In this document: in pieces, positions 1-13,790 of the stretch
Layout: every line of letters begins with the position of its first letter
Numbering within the stretch: the stretch's first letter is position 1
Source of the DNA: Eledone cirrhosa
Lineage: Eukaryota
DNA length: 64,000 nucleotides
Assembly: GCA_964016885.1 (NCBI GenBank)
Contig: OZ024740.1
Span: 294,872,001 to 294,936,000 of the forward strand
Direction of reading: 5' to 3'
Translations under genes and position numbers: made by a program
The notes under the pieces: generated by a model
The model's database searches: none
What the model was told of the DNA's origin: nothing
What the model saw: only the letters and a program-made list of their open reading frames with translations

Positions 1-1790
1 TCTCTAGAGCATCCCCTTTACCTTTGTAGTAATTTATGAGAATACTGCTGCACCAGTCTTTGGGTATGACACCACCATATATAGCTTGATTAATGATGTG
101 TGCAACTAGTTTAGTGCCTACTTCTCCTGATGCCTTCAGCATCTCAGCAACTATCCCCGACGGTCCAGCAGCCTTACCATTCTTCATTTCCTTAATTGCC
201 TCTTGTACCCTATATTCGTCAATCACAATAGCTGGTCCCTCTGTCGGGTCTACTGGGCGTAATTCCTCTCTCTCCCATTTGTTCTCTACATTCATCAGTC
301 TCCCATAATGACATTTCCAGGCCTCCTTTTGATCATTCGTGACACTAAGTGCACCAACATCATTCCGGACACACTTATCTCCAACAACATCCTGATTTGC
401 ACTGACACACTGCCTTGCAATGCGGAACACCGCACGTCTCTGATCTTCCCGTTGCAGAACATTGGCAAACCTCCTACTCTCAGCCTCCCTGCGTGCTAAG
501 TACACCTGACGTCTAGCTTCTCACTTAGCGGCTGTGTATCCGTCTCTACTCCCACCATTTTCCCAAGCTTTCCATGCCAGTCTTTTGTCTCTAATGGCCC
601 TATCTACCGTGCTGTTCCACCACCAGGTCACTCTCTGTCTGATTGAAGCTCTGCTCCAACCACAAGTTTCATCAGTAGCCTGCAGTAAGTTGTGACGCAA
701 GAAATTCCAGTTATCATCTGTCATACAACTGTAAATCGTCTTCTTTTTCGTCGTACACATCTTGAAGGGCTTTGCTAAATTTATATTTTAATGAAAGGTC
801 TTTTAGTTTCCAGACCTTACTTTTCCACACCTTACTGTATGTCTCATTCTTTCTCTTGCTTACTGAGATGTCACTAATGACTAACCTATGCTGTGGGGTA
901 CATCCTTCCCCAGGGTATGCCTTAGTATTTGACACCATCTGTCTGTCTCGCTGTCTAACTAGCAGGAAGTCAATCTGGCTTATGTTCTTGCCTGATTTCT
1001 AGGTTACTAGGTGGTTGGTAGGCTTTTGGAAGTTAGTGTTGCAAATGGTTAGTGCATTTGCATCACAAAATTCAAGAAGCCTCCCTCCTTCATTTCTTGA
1101 GACGTAACCATGTCCACCATGTACCCCAGTGTATCCATCCTGGAGCTGTCCAACATGTCCATTGAAGTCCCCTGCTAGCATAACGATGTCTCTGTCCTCT
1201 GTCATTGAGGCTGTCTGTAAAAGTTGCTCGTAAAAGCCATTTTTCTCTTCTTTACCTAGGCCTGCCTGGGGAGCATAGGCAGAGATGATTGTCAGTAGTC
1301 TCTTGCCTACAACTAACCTAAGCTTAATTATTCTATTACTAACTCTAACTACCTCTATTGTCTTATAACTACGATGTTTGCCTGCAATTAGTCTTGCAGA
1401 GGCACCTCTCCATCTCACCTCTTGCACACATCCACATGCTTTCTCTCCAGCATCTCCGCTATCTCACCAGATCTACCTGTTAGAGTGGCAACTCTGAGAT
1501 GCGACATCCCGCTCTTTTTCCTGTTGTGCGATTGCTTGATGACGGTCGTGGGGTTCTCACACATGGCCACACTAGCCACCCCACTACCATGCGCAGCCCT
1601 GACATGGTTAGTGTTATTGCTGTTTACGCAGTTGTTTTTGTGCGATTGCTTGATGACGGTTGGAGGGTTCTCGCACATGGCCGCACCAGCCACCCCACTA
1701 CCGTGCGCAGCCCTAACATGGTTAGTGTTATTGCTGTTGATGCAGTTGTTGCAATTCTTATTTGTTGTGCTCATAATTTTGGCATTTATT
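1..1790 (-). mobile_element. Degenerate RTE-clade LINE (APE endonuclease region to start of RT), continues beyond window start
   Basis: Minus-strand fragments QEVRWRG, ISAYAPQ, AGDFNGHVG, VTWWWN; frameshifted; about 114-bp internal duplication near 1525-1750. Confidence 0.9.
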
Positions 1791-2879
1791 ATACTGGTTG
1801 GATGCCCTTCCTAACACCAGCACCACTTTACAGCATGGACTGGGTACTTTTATTCATGCCACCAGCACTAGAGAGGTTGTCTTACTGGACTCAGGGGCCC
1901 TATCCACCCCTCCATTTTTACAGCATGGACTGGGTGCTTTTATTCGTGCCACCAGCACTAAAGAGGTCATCTTACTGGACTCTATTTGAACATAATTTTG
2001 TAGATATGAAGAAATGACACCTATCTTTATAAAATCCATACAGAGTAATGATTCACGGCATTCAGCACGTTTAGAGATATAACGGAAATCTTGTGATATA
2101 TAATGGCTGATGCATAGAATTTTTAACACAGTTGCAAGTCACATACACACAAATATAAATAACAAATATACAGCCATCTTTACGAAAAGTGAGAGCCGTA
2201 ACGGCTTCCACTTTTCGTGCAAACTGTTGTTACACATACTATTTGAACATAATTTTGTAGATATGAAAAAATGACACCTATCTTTATAAAATCCACACAG
2301 AGTTCACGGCATTCATCATCATCATCATCGTTTTAGACAGTTCAGATAACTGTCTTGCTTGTACATTCAATTCTGACATGGAATATATGGCTAGATGCCC
2401 TTCCTAATGCCAACCACTTCACTGCATATACTGGGTGCATTTTATCATACACACACATATATCATCATCATCATCGTTTAACGTCTATCTTCCATGCTAG
2501 CATGGGTTAGATACACATATATATAAACACACATATATATATATGTGTGTGCGTGTGTGTACAAATATGTTATATTAGCGACTTCCTCTTGTCTCATACT
2601 ACATAATCTAAGAAGGTGGGCTTTACAGACCTACTCATCAGAAACTATAATCTCATTCTTCCAATTTGCTTTAAAAATTCATTAATAACCACCCAGACTA
2701 ACTTACAGTACATTTCTTTGATGTCATCCTTAATTTTTCTAATTCAGTTTTCATGCCAACCCTTACCTGTAGTCATGAATCTTGTGTAATGACCAAAAGA
2801 ATATGATCATGAATACAAGTGGCCAAAATGGGATTCCTCTGAAGGGTCTTTGGAATAACATTACTCTTTAAAGTGCATA

Positions 2880-3190
2880 GCTCAGAGATCAGAGAGTCTC
2901 TCCAGCTGCTACTTCTCCAAATTGAGAGATTATAGCTCCGATACTATGGGCATGTAGTTAGAATGTCTCAGGAAAGAATTGTTGGACAGATTTTATGGGT
3001 AAAACCAACTGGCAAGAGACCCATGCATAGACCCCGAGCAAGATGGTTGAATAACATCCAAGAGCTTGGCTGGTCACGCTTGGGGATCCAGCTGAATCAG
3101 TTGGAGATGGTTGCTTCTGACATGAGTGTTTGAGGACTCTGCCCCCACTACCCTCTCAGGAATAAGTTGGCAAAGAAGAAAAAAGAAGAT
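2880..3190 (+). mobile_element. 3' fragment of an old RTE/RTE-X LINE
   Basis: Translates to LRYYGHVVRM...PTGKRP..RPRARW, with AAG tail. Confidence 0.6.
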
Positions 3191-3191
3191 C

Positions 3192-3508
3192 ATTTCATTT
3201 CATTTCATTTTACGTTCGCTTTTCCCTGCTTGCAAGGGTGGGACGGGAACTGATTCTGGCTTGATTTCTACAGCTGGATGCCCTTCCTAACACCAACCTC
3301 ATTTACAGTGAGTGCTGGGTGCTTTTTTGCCGTGGCACCTCCACGACCACTTTGCAGTGGAATGATATGAACCCCAGTCCCTATCATCTCATTTCTACAG
3401 CTGAGTAAACTGGAGCAATGTGAAATAAAGTGTCTTGCTCAAGGAAACAACACATCACCCGGTCTGAGAATTGAACTCACAACCTTTCGATTGCAAGGCC
3501 AATGCTCT
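3192..3508 (-). mobile_element. tRNA-derived SINE with RTE-like 3' tail
   Basis: Near-identical reverse complement of 17760-18060. Confidence 0.85.
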
Positions 3509-3699
3509 CGCCTTCTTCACCACCTCTTCTACGGCCTCGATATGAATACCCCCTCCGCCTCCGTGGTATTTTCTTCGTGGTTATAAGAGGCTTAGCTCTG
3601 TTTCTCGACCGTTATATCGCGTGACTATCTCCCCCTCCGCCTTTTGGGATTCTTTCTCACGTCGTGTAGACGCGTTCTTGAGACTAGTAAAATGAGGTA

Positions 3700-3787
3700 T
3701 CCTCTTGATAAGTCGGCAGACCTCGCAAGGACTCTATATCTTTGATATATTGTTTTTGTTTATGCCACGAAACTACGTAGTCGAGGA
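3700..3787 (+). ncRNA. Type I hammerhead ribozyme, U3-A8 core variant
   Basis: TCCTC-TTGATAA-GTCGGCA...TGCCAC-GAAA-CTACGTAG-TC-GAGGA: helix I TCCTC/GAGGA, palindromic helix III, GUC cleavage triplet. Confidence 0.7.
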
Positions 3788-3882
3788 ATTTAGGAGCAGT
3801 TTAGGTATGATACATTTTATTACTAATTATATCTAAATGTTTCTTCTCTCTTCATAATGTATATATATATATATATATATAT

Positions 3883-6800
3883 ATGGGACGATGCTATAAG
3901 CTTTTCTGGGTGGGAAATGACAATGGGTTGGGTGGGGTAGGAATCATGGTAGCAGAAAAGTGGGCAGATAAGATAATAGACGTAAATAGAGTGAACGACA
4001 GAATAATTAAAATAAGACTTGTCCTCAATAAAACTACGGTGACAGTAATATCTGCGTACGCACCACAATCCGGACTGCCCGGTGCTATAAAAGACAGATT
4101 CTACGAGACACTGATGCTCGCTACCTCCCAAATAACCGACAGTGACTATATAGTTATTGCAGGCGACCTAAATGGTCACGTTGGACAACATTGTGACGGC
4201 TATGACGGAATCCATGGAGGCTATGGGTTCGGTACTAGAAATGAGGAAGGCTCCAGAATCCTGGAATTCTGCGACGCAAATAACTTAACTATCTGTAACA
4301 CTAACTTCAAAAAACGAGACAATCACTTGATCACCTATAGATCGGGGGAACACACAAGCCAGGTAGATTATATCCTTACCAGAAGACGTGACAGAGTGTC
4401 TGTTGTTAACACTAAATCCCTCCCCCATGAAGAATTCACCTCCCAACATAGACTGATAATTAGCGACCTCATAGTCAGGACGAGACGTACTAGACAGCGG
4501 AAGAGGACTATCCTCAGGAGAAAAATATGGAAGCTAAAGGACCCCATAGCCAGAAATAAATTTCAAAGCATATTACTTGACGCTTTCGACAGTAAGGAAG
4601 AGCAATTAGAGTTGTATAATATAGAGGAACAGTGGGAATTCCTGAGAGCAAACCTGCTGACGGCGGCAGACGAAGTCTGTGGCTGGAGCAGGCCTGTAGG
4701 TAGGAGGAGAGTAACATAGTGGTGGAACAGTAAGGTGGAGGAGTCAATTAAGGCCAAAAAGCAGGCTTGGAAAGCATGGCGGGATGGGGGAAGTAGAGAA
4801 GACTATCAAGTGGCCAGGAGGGAAGCTAGGAGACAAGTGTACTTCGCAAGAAGGGAAGCAGAGGAAAGAAAGTTCAAGCATGTTCTACAACGTGAAGACC
4901 AAAAACGTGAGGTGTTCAGGATTGCCAGGCAATGTGTCAAGGAAAACCGTGATATTGTCGGGGAGAAGTGTGTACTTAACGATGATGGCATACTTGCCAT
5001 CACCGACGCTGATAAGAAGGTAGCTTGGAAGTGTCACTACGAAAGGCTTCTAAATGAGGAGAACAAATGGGAGAAAGACAGTCTCCCCCACATCGACCCA
5101 ATAGAGGGACCAGCAGTGTTAGTCCAGGGTAGTACAATAAGCAAGGCAATCAAAGATATGAAGACGGGTAAGGCGGCTGGTCCTTCGGAAATAGTTGCTG
5201 AGATGCTGAAGGCATCTGGTTCGGTGGGACACACCATGGTCACCCGGATAGTTAACCAAGTCGTACAGAATGGGGTTGTTCCGAAGGACTGGCGTAGCAG
5301 CATCATCGTTAACTGCTATAAGGGAAAAGGAGATGCCCTAGATAGGAGTAACTATAGAGGCATTAAATTAATCGACCAGGTCATGAAGGTCACGGAAAAA
5401 GTAATAGCGCAACTAATCAGAGAGAGAATTGATCTAGATGAAATGCAGTTCGGATTTGTGTCAGGCAAAAGTACCACAGGCGCTCTTTTCATTGTACGAC
5501 AACTACAGGAGAAGTACCTAGCTAAAAGTAAACCCCTATACTTAGCTTTCGTCGACTTGGAGAAAGCCTTCGACAGAGTCCCCCGTTCCATTATCTGGTG
5601 GTCTCTTAGAAAACTAGGTGTTGACGAATGGCTTGTGAGAGCTATACAAGCCATGTATAAAGAAACAGTCAGTAAGGTTAGAATTAACAACGAATATAGT
5701 GAAGAGTTTAGCGTAAAAGTTGGTGTCCATCAGGGCTCTGTTCTTAGCCCCCTACTATTTATTATTGCCCTTCAGGCTATAACAGAGGAGTTCAAGACCG
5801 GCTGCCCATGGGAACTCCTATACGCAGATGATCTAACGCTCATAGCTGAATCAATGACCGAACTAGAGAAGAAATTCCAAACATGGAAGCACGGCCTAGA
5901 ATCAAAAGGCCTTAAAATTAACCTGGCTAAGACTAAAGTTCTAGTTTGTTGGAAAGAAAATAAGGCGGCAGTCCCATCTGGGAAATGGCCATGCTCAGTG
6001 TGTAGGAAAGGCGTAGGTAGAAACTCCATTTTATGTCCCAAATGCAAAGTATGGGTGCATAAAAGATGTAGTGGGATCACAGGTAAGCTAACTAAGAACA
6101 TCGATTTTACATGTGGCCGGTGCTCTGGTGCAATAAGTAGCAAGTGCCCACAAAATACTAGCTCCTTCAACTGCGCAGAGGGTTCTATAGAAATAGTGGA
6201 CAGCTTCCGTTACCTGGGTGACAAAATCAGCAGTGGGGGAGGGTGCTCTGAAAGTACAGTAGCTAGAGTCAGAACTGGATGGAAAAAGTTCAGAGAGCTT
6301 ATACCACTATTAGCCGCTAAAGGGTTCTCCCTAAAAATGAAAGGCAGGTTATACGATGCCTGCATACGAACAGCAATGCTGCATGACAGTGAGACCTGGG
6401 AATTGTGTGCAGAGGATATACGCAGACTAGAGAGGAACGAAGCTTGCATGCTCCGCTGGATGTGCAATAGTAATATACGTGAACGGCAAAGCATAAACGA
6501 ACTAAGGAAAAAATTAGAAATAAGAGGGATCAGATGTTGTTTACTCGAGAGAAGGCTACGTTGGTACGGTCACGTGATGCGCATGAAAGACGACAGCTGT
6601 ATAACAAAGTGCAGGGCAATAAAGATAGACGGTAGCCACGGAGTAGGCAGACCTAGAAAAACATGGGACGAGCTGATAAATTCCGACCTCACACGCTTAC
6701 ACCTCTCCAAGACAATGTCACTGGACCGAGACCTTTGGCGGTACTCAGTAATAGAGAAGACCCGCCTTACCTAAATCCAAAGTAAAAACCTACTACAGTC

Positions 6801-7179
6801 AGTCGGCATCTCTATCACCCCCCCCCCCCCCCCCCCCCGTCCCACCACCTCCACCCCATCCACACCGCCCCTTTCAATGTAAAGTTATGTTGGTCCCACA
6901 ACATCCAGGCCGAAACAAATGAGATCGTGTAGGTGTCACGACAAAAAAACACACAGTCCACGCTGTAAATGTGGCCGTGTAGGCAACACGGTAAAAACCT
7001 CCCAGCCCCACACTGTAAATGTGGTTGGTGTTAGGAAGGGCATCCAACTGTAGAAAACCCGCCAGACAGTCCTATGCGAGCAAGACAACCACTCTTGCCT
7101 CAAGTGGGAAAACCCCCGTCCAAACCCATGCAAGCGTGGAACACGGACGCTAAACCTGATGATGATGATGATGATGATG

Positions 7180-7180
<1 letters not shown>
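3883..7180 (+). mobile_element. Near-intact, 5'-truncated RTE-clade LINE (APE endonuclease + RT + PHD-like finger)
   Basis: ORFs 3883-4719 and 4735-6774 are in one frame, split by a single TAG (VT*WWN); motifs AGDLNGHVG, FVDLEKAFD, GVHQGSVLSP, YADD, RRLRWYGHV; 3' UTR ends in (GAT)n. Confidence 0.95.
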
Positions 7181-7212
<32 letters not shown>

Positions 7213-7539
7213 TACACTCAGAAAGATTTACATTTATGAATTTGAATTTACACATGTGAGCCCACCCTTGCAAGCAGGGAAAAGTGGACGTAAAATGAAA
7301 TGAATGAATGAATGAGTGTAAATAGGCATCCCCCTCTTCTCTTTCACTTCAGGCTACAATCAACTTAGTTATAAGTGGTTGCTTTTAGCAGCTAATTCTG
7401 CTGGTGGTAAATACAAAATATCTACCTGCTGATATACTACATGAACATATCTAATATGAGTGTGAGACACTCACACATACCAACTTCCTTTCAGGATCAG
7501 AAGTTAAGGACAGCCATAAAGTCTTCTTATCAAACTCAA

Positions 7540-10500
7540 AATTTCAGGGTTGCTATAAATGTAAGCTGGATAAAATAAAAGGTAGATCTGTTGAGATTGT
7601 GGAGATGTATACTGTGTACAAGAGGTAAGGATGAGGGAATGTTTGGCCAGAGTCATCACAAGCGAGGAACATGGGCACAATTTATTCAGGGTGGGTAGCA
7701 GTAATGGTGTGGATGGTGTAGGAATATTGTTAGATGAGAAATTGGTGGACAAGGTAATTGAGAGAATCAGGGAATGTAATAGAATAATTAAACTTAGACT
7801 AGCCTTGAGCAATACAACAGCTACTAGTCTCTGTGTGTCAGACAAGCAGAAGGACCACTTTGAGGTCTTCTTGCAGATTACCTCAAAGAAGACTTCATTA
7901 TTGCAGCTGGCAACTTCAGCAGATATTTTGGAGGAACACTATGATTGCTTTCTCTGTGCATGGGTATAGTACAAAAAATGGGTTTAGTCTTCTGGAGTTT
8001 TTTGATGCCCTTGACCTCACCATTTGCAACATGAACTTCAGAAGATCAGCCAGCCACCTGAGCACCTACCATTCAGAATGGTCATAGATGCTAAGTCTTT
8101 CTCTGGCCAAGAATGTACAAACAATACAAGTTATCAGTGATTTTTAAGTAAGGGCTAAACTAATTCAGAGGCAAAAACCATTCCGGAGATGGTAGACTCT
8201 GAGGGAACTGCTAACTGGCAACTAATTTAACAAAATCTTACATGATGCTTTTGACAGTAAGGAAGAAAAGATGTGGACCTATAGCATAGAAGAAAATTTT
8301 GAATTTCTACGTGACGGTCTTCTGAAGGCCACAAACCAGGCTTGTGGTTAGTCCAAGGTTTCATAAATTAGAGTGACATCGTAGTGGAATGATAGTTTAG
8401 ATAGAGCTAAAAAAGCAGAGAAGTGCCTGGAAAAAATGTGGAAACGGCAAAAAATAATAGCCAGAAGAGAAGCTAGATGCCAGCTATATTCAAGGGAGAA
8501 GAAAAGAAGTCAGCACATTTTCTATGATGTGGGGGATTAGGAGCATGAAGTGTCCTAGATTGCATGACACATTATGTCAGAAAGCTGAGACATTGAAGAA
8601 GAGTGTGTCTGAAATGATATTGGAGCACTTTCCTGACTGATGCCTTAAAAGAGACTGATGAATGAAGAGAAATTGGATAGTGAGGGCCTACCACATGCAA
8701 ATCAAACTGAGGGACCAGCAATAAAATTTGATAGCAGTATAATAGACAAAGCAATTAAAGATATGAAAATAGGGAATGCTGCTGGGATACCTGGTATAAT
8801 AGCTGAGATGCTGAAAACATTTGGCATGGTAGATAATGAGCTAGTCAGGTACAGTATAGGATGTCATGTCCAATGATTAGCATAGCAGTATCATTGTAAA
8901 CTGCTACAAAGGCAAAGGAGACTCACTGTAACTTCAGGGGTATGAAATTGATGGGCCTGAATCAAGCTTGATAAGATGCAGTTTTTTTTTGTCAGGTAGG
9001 GACAGCACTGATGCCTTCTTCCTTGCAAGACAATTGCAGGAAAAGTACTTAGCTAAGAGTAAACATCCCATACCTGGCATTTGAGGATCTGAAGGCCTTT
9101 GAAAGGGTCTCCTGCCCTGTAATCTGGTGGGCACTAAAGAAGCTATCAGTAGACAAATGGCTTATGAGAGTCATGCAAGTATAGAGGTGTAATCAGCAAA
9201 GTGAGAGTTAGCAATGAATAGAGTGATGAAGTAGTAGTGCAGGTGGGGGTCCACCAAGGCCCAGTCTACTTCTGTTTATCATTGCCCTTCAGGCCATCAC
9301 TGAAGAGTTTAAGACTGACACTTCATGGGAACTCCTGTATGCTGATGACCTAGTCCTTATAACTAAATCGGTAGAAGAGTTAGAGGCGAAATTCCAGACA
9401 TGGAAGAGAGGCCTAGAATCAAACGGCCTAAAAGAAAATTTAGTAAAGACTTAAGTCTTGATAAGTAGGGAAGAAGACAGGAAGCTGCTCCTGTTGAGGA
9501 AGTGACTTTATTTATATGTCGAAAAAGGGGTGGGCATAAATTCGATAAGATGGGCACAGAAGAGATGTAGTGGAATTATAGGCAAGTTAGCAGAGAAAAT
9601 AGACTGTGAAGCAGATGCATAGGAGAAGGTAAAAAATAGATTGTCTTAATTGCCTGAAAGGCTCCCTAGAAGTTGTTGAGTGTTTTTATTACCTAGGTGA
9701 CCTAATCAGCAGTGGGGGAGGATACTTTGAAAATATGGTTGTCAGAGGGAGAATAGGCTGGAACAAATTTAGAGACTTTGTCCCTGTAGACAACAAAGGG
9801 CTTCTCTTAGAGTGAAGAGTGTATGATGCCTGTGTGCAAACTACTATGCTACACAGCAGTGTGACATGAAACTTGGCTGCAGAAGACTTCTCTCAGAGTG
9901 AAGACTAGTGTGTATAATATCTGAACTACAATGCTACACATCAGTGAGACATGGGCCTTGACTGCAGAAGACCTGTGATTGTATGAACACGTGATGTGTA
10001 TGAAAAATGACAGCTGCATAAAGAAATACAGTGAAATCAATGATGTCTCTCATAGAAGAAGTAGACCTGATGAGTCACGAGATGAAGTAGTGAAGATAAA
10101 CCCCTAGAAGCTGAATCTCAGGACAGAGATGACAAAGGACTGTAAAGATTGATGATATGAAATACTGTAGAAGACTTGCTTGTCAGCATATGAATCTCAC
10201 CTAAACACATCCACCCCCTACTGTTGCTCCTAACTATTCTTGCCATCACTACACACCACTCTACCCAGGATCACATCTATCTCTCTATCAAACCTTACCA
10301 CACTTGTCATACACCCAGGACAAACGTTTCTCATCTCTTCTCTCCACACATCCCAAATCCACAAAATCCTTATTATCATTCTTCTACTTACCCTCTCTAC
10401 TTAACAGCTCCCACCTCTTTTCCCATTCCTGTCCCCAATAAGGTAGAGAGAGCCCTTTAGTCAAATCTATGATTGGTAATCTCTAGTGATGGTGTAAAAA

Positions 10501-10700
10501 AAAAATGCACTCCACAAACCTTGTAAGGTGATAGCATTCAGCTGTAGAAATCATGCCAAAAAGATTTGAGAGGACACTTCAGTAGTGCCAAGGGCATAAC
10601 CTATTTAGTGTTGGTGTAATGATAAGTGCACCCAGTACACTCTCTAACGCGGTTGGTGATAGGAAGGGCATCCAGCCATAGAAAACTTGCCAAGCTAAGG
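7540..10700 (+). mobile_element. Highly degenerate RTE-clade LINE
   Basis: Fragments CVQEVR, RIIKLRL, KAIKDMK, WELLYADD; many stops and frameshifts; same 3' UTR motif (GGAAGGGCATCCAGC). Confidence 0.85.
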
Positions 10701-10945
10701 CCGAGAGGACTCTATTTGTGTCAAAAACATGACAAGCTCTCTTGTGAGGTGCTGCAAAAAAAAAACAAAAAAACGAAAAAAAATGCACTCTGTGCACTCT
10801 AGAATGCAGGGGGATATATGTAAATAAGATGTAAGCACATGGCCCATCTGATATCAGTAGCTCCGATTAAAAACTGACCTCGTCAGTAACAACATGTGCA
10901 ACCAGGGAAACAGACATTAAATGATGATATATATATATATATGTA

Positions 10946-13790
10946 TATCATCATCATCATTGTTTAACGTCCATCTTCCACGCTAGCATGGGTTAGACGG
11001 GAGTTGTCCCACTTGAGGCAAGATTGGTCAGGTGAACATGTCTCGCTCGTATAGGACTATCTGGCAGGTTTTATATGGCTGGATACCCTTCCTAACACCA
11101 ACCACATTTACAGTGTGGACTGGGAACTTTTTACCGTGTTACCTACACGGCCACATTACAGCGTGGACTGTGTGTTTTTTTATTTTTTTATTGTGACACC
11201 TACACGATCTCGATCTCATTATCTCATTAGTTTGGACTGGATGTTGTGGTACCAACTTTACAGAGAAAGGGTGGTGTTGGTAGGAGTGGGAGGATGGAGT
11301 AAGGGTAGTGAGTTGGGATGTATATTTGGTTAAGACGTGCCTACTAACTAGGTTTCGCTTTGTACATAGGCAAGGCATGTCTTCTGTATTACTGTGTGGC
11401 ACCAAAGATCTCGGTCCAGTGACATTGTCTTAGAGAGGTGCAAGTGTGTAAGGTCGGAATTTATTAAATCGTCCCAGGTTTTTCTGGGTGTACCTACTCT
11501 GTAACTTCCATCAATTTTGATCGCCCTGCACTTTTTTTTATACAGCTGTCGTCTTTCATGCGCATCACGTAACCATACCAACATAGTCTTCTCTCAAGTA
11601 AACAGCATCTGATCCCTCTTATTCCTAATTTCTCACTTAGTTCATTTATGCTTTGCCGTTCGCGTATATTACTATTACACATCCAACGGAGCATGCATGC
11701 TTCATTCCTTTCCAGTCTGCACAGGTCCTCTGCACACAATGCCCATGTCTCACTGCCATGTAACATTGCTGTTCATATACAGGCATCATACACTCTGCCT
11801 TTCATTTTTAGAGAGAAACCTTTTGTGGGCAACAGCGGTATAAGCTCTCTGAACTTTTTCCATCCCGTTGACTCTGGCCACTGTACTTTTAGAGCACCCT
11901 CCACCACTGCTGATTTTGTCACCCAGGTAACGGAAAGTGTCCACTATTTCTATAGAACCATCTGGGCAATAGAAGGAGCTAGTATCCTGTGGCAACTTGC
12001 TACTTATTGCACCTGAGCATCAGCCGCATATAAAATCTACGTTCTTAGATAGCTTACCTGTGATCCCACATCTTTTATGTACCCATAGTTTGCATTTAGG
12101 ACATAAAATGGAATTTCTACCTCCTCCTTTCCTACACAGTGAGCATGGCCATTTCCCAGAGGGCACCTGTGCCCTATTTTCCTTTCTACATATAAGAACT
12201 TTAGTCTCAGACAAGTTAACTTTAAGGCCTTTTGATTCTAGGTCATGCTTCCATGTTTGGAATTTCTTCTCTAGTTCAGCCATAGATTCAGCTATGTGAG
12301 TTAGATCATCTGTGTATAGAAGTTCCCATGGGCAGCTGGTCTTAAACTCTTCTGTTATAGACTGAAGTGCAATAATAAATAGGAGGGGGCTAAGGACAGA
12401 GCCTTGATGAACACCAACTTTTACACTAAATTCTTCACTAAATTCATTGTTAATTCTAACCTTGCTGACTGTTTCTTTATACATGGCTTGTATAGCTCTC
12501 ACAAGCCATTCATCTACACCTAGTTTTCTAAGAGCCCACCAGATAATGGAGCGGGGCACTCAAAGGCTTTCTCCAAGTCACAAAAGCTAAGTAGAGGGGT
12601 TTACTTTTAGCTAGGCACTTCTGCTGTTGTTGTCGTACAAGGAAAAGAGCATCTGTGGTACTTTTACCTGACACAAACCCAAACTGCATTTCATTTAGAT
12701 CAATTCGATCTCTGATTAGTTGTGCTATAATTCTTTCTGTGACCTTCATGATCTGGTCAACTAACTTAATGACTCTATAGTTTCCCCTATCTAGAGCATC
12801 TCCTTTACCCTTGTAGCAGTTAATGATGATGCTGCTACGACAGTCATTTGGTATGACCCCATTCTGTGTTACTTGGTTTACTATCTGGGTGACCATAGTA
12901 TGTCCCACCATTCCAGATGCTTTCAACATCTCAGTAACTATCCCTGAAGGCACAGCTGCCTTGCCTGTCTTCATATCTTTGATTGCCTTACTTATTATAC
13001 TACTTTTAACTTGCACCGCTGGTCCTTCTATTGGATCGATTTGGGGCAGACTATCTTTTTCCCATTTATTCTCCTCATTTAGTAGTCTCTTGTAGTGACA
13101 CTTCTAAGCTACCTTCTTATCAGTATCAGTGAGGGCAAGTACACGATTATCATTACGGACACACTTCTCCCCGACAATATCATGGTTTTCCTTGACATAT
13201 TGTCTTGCAATCCTGAACATCTCACGTTGTAGAACATGCTTCTCTTCTTGCAAAGTACACTTGTCTCCTAGCTTCTCTCCTGGCCACTTGATAGTGTTCT
13301 TTACTTCCCCTATCCCACCATACTTTCCAAGCCTGCTTTTTGTCCTTAATTGTCTCCTCCACCCTACTGTTCCACCACCAAATTACTCTCCTCCTCCCTA
13401 TAGGTCTGCTCCAGCTACAGATTTTATCTGTCGCCTTCAGTAGGTTAACTTTCAAGAATTCCCACTTTTCCTCTATATTGTACATCTCTAATTGATCTTC
13501 CTTACTGTCAAAAGCATCAAGTAATAAGCTTTTAAATTTGTCACTGGCTGTGGGGTCCTTCAACTTCCATATTCTTCTCCTCAAGGTAGTCCTCCTCTGT
13601 CGTCGAGTACATCTAGTCCTGACTATGAGGTCACTAACTACTAGGCTATGTTGATAGGTGCATTCTTCATGGGGGAGCGATTTAGTGTTTACAACAGACA
13701 CTTTGTCACGTCTTCTAGTAAGGATATAATCTATCTGGCTGGCGTGTTCCCCTGATCTGTAGGTGATCAAGTGATTGTCTCATTTTTTAA
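10946..13790 (-). mobile_element. Degenerate RTE LINE, same family as 3883-7180, inverted
   Basis: Minus ORFs 13222-13770, 12528-13016, 12020-12559 and 11494-11766 align to the 3883-6774 protein; (GAT)n tail at about 10946-10960. Confidence 0.92.

Noticed and set aside
2600-2650. Minus-strand CTGATGA with a possible helix II
   Set aside because: No GAAA or helix III follows
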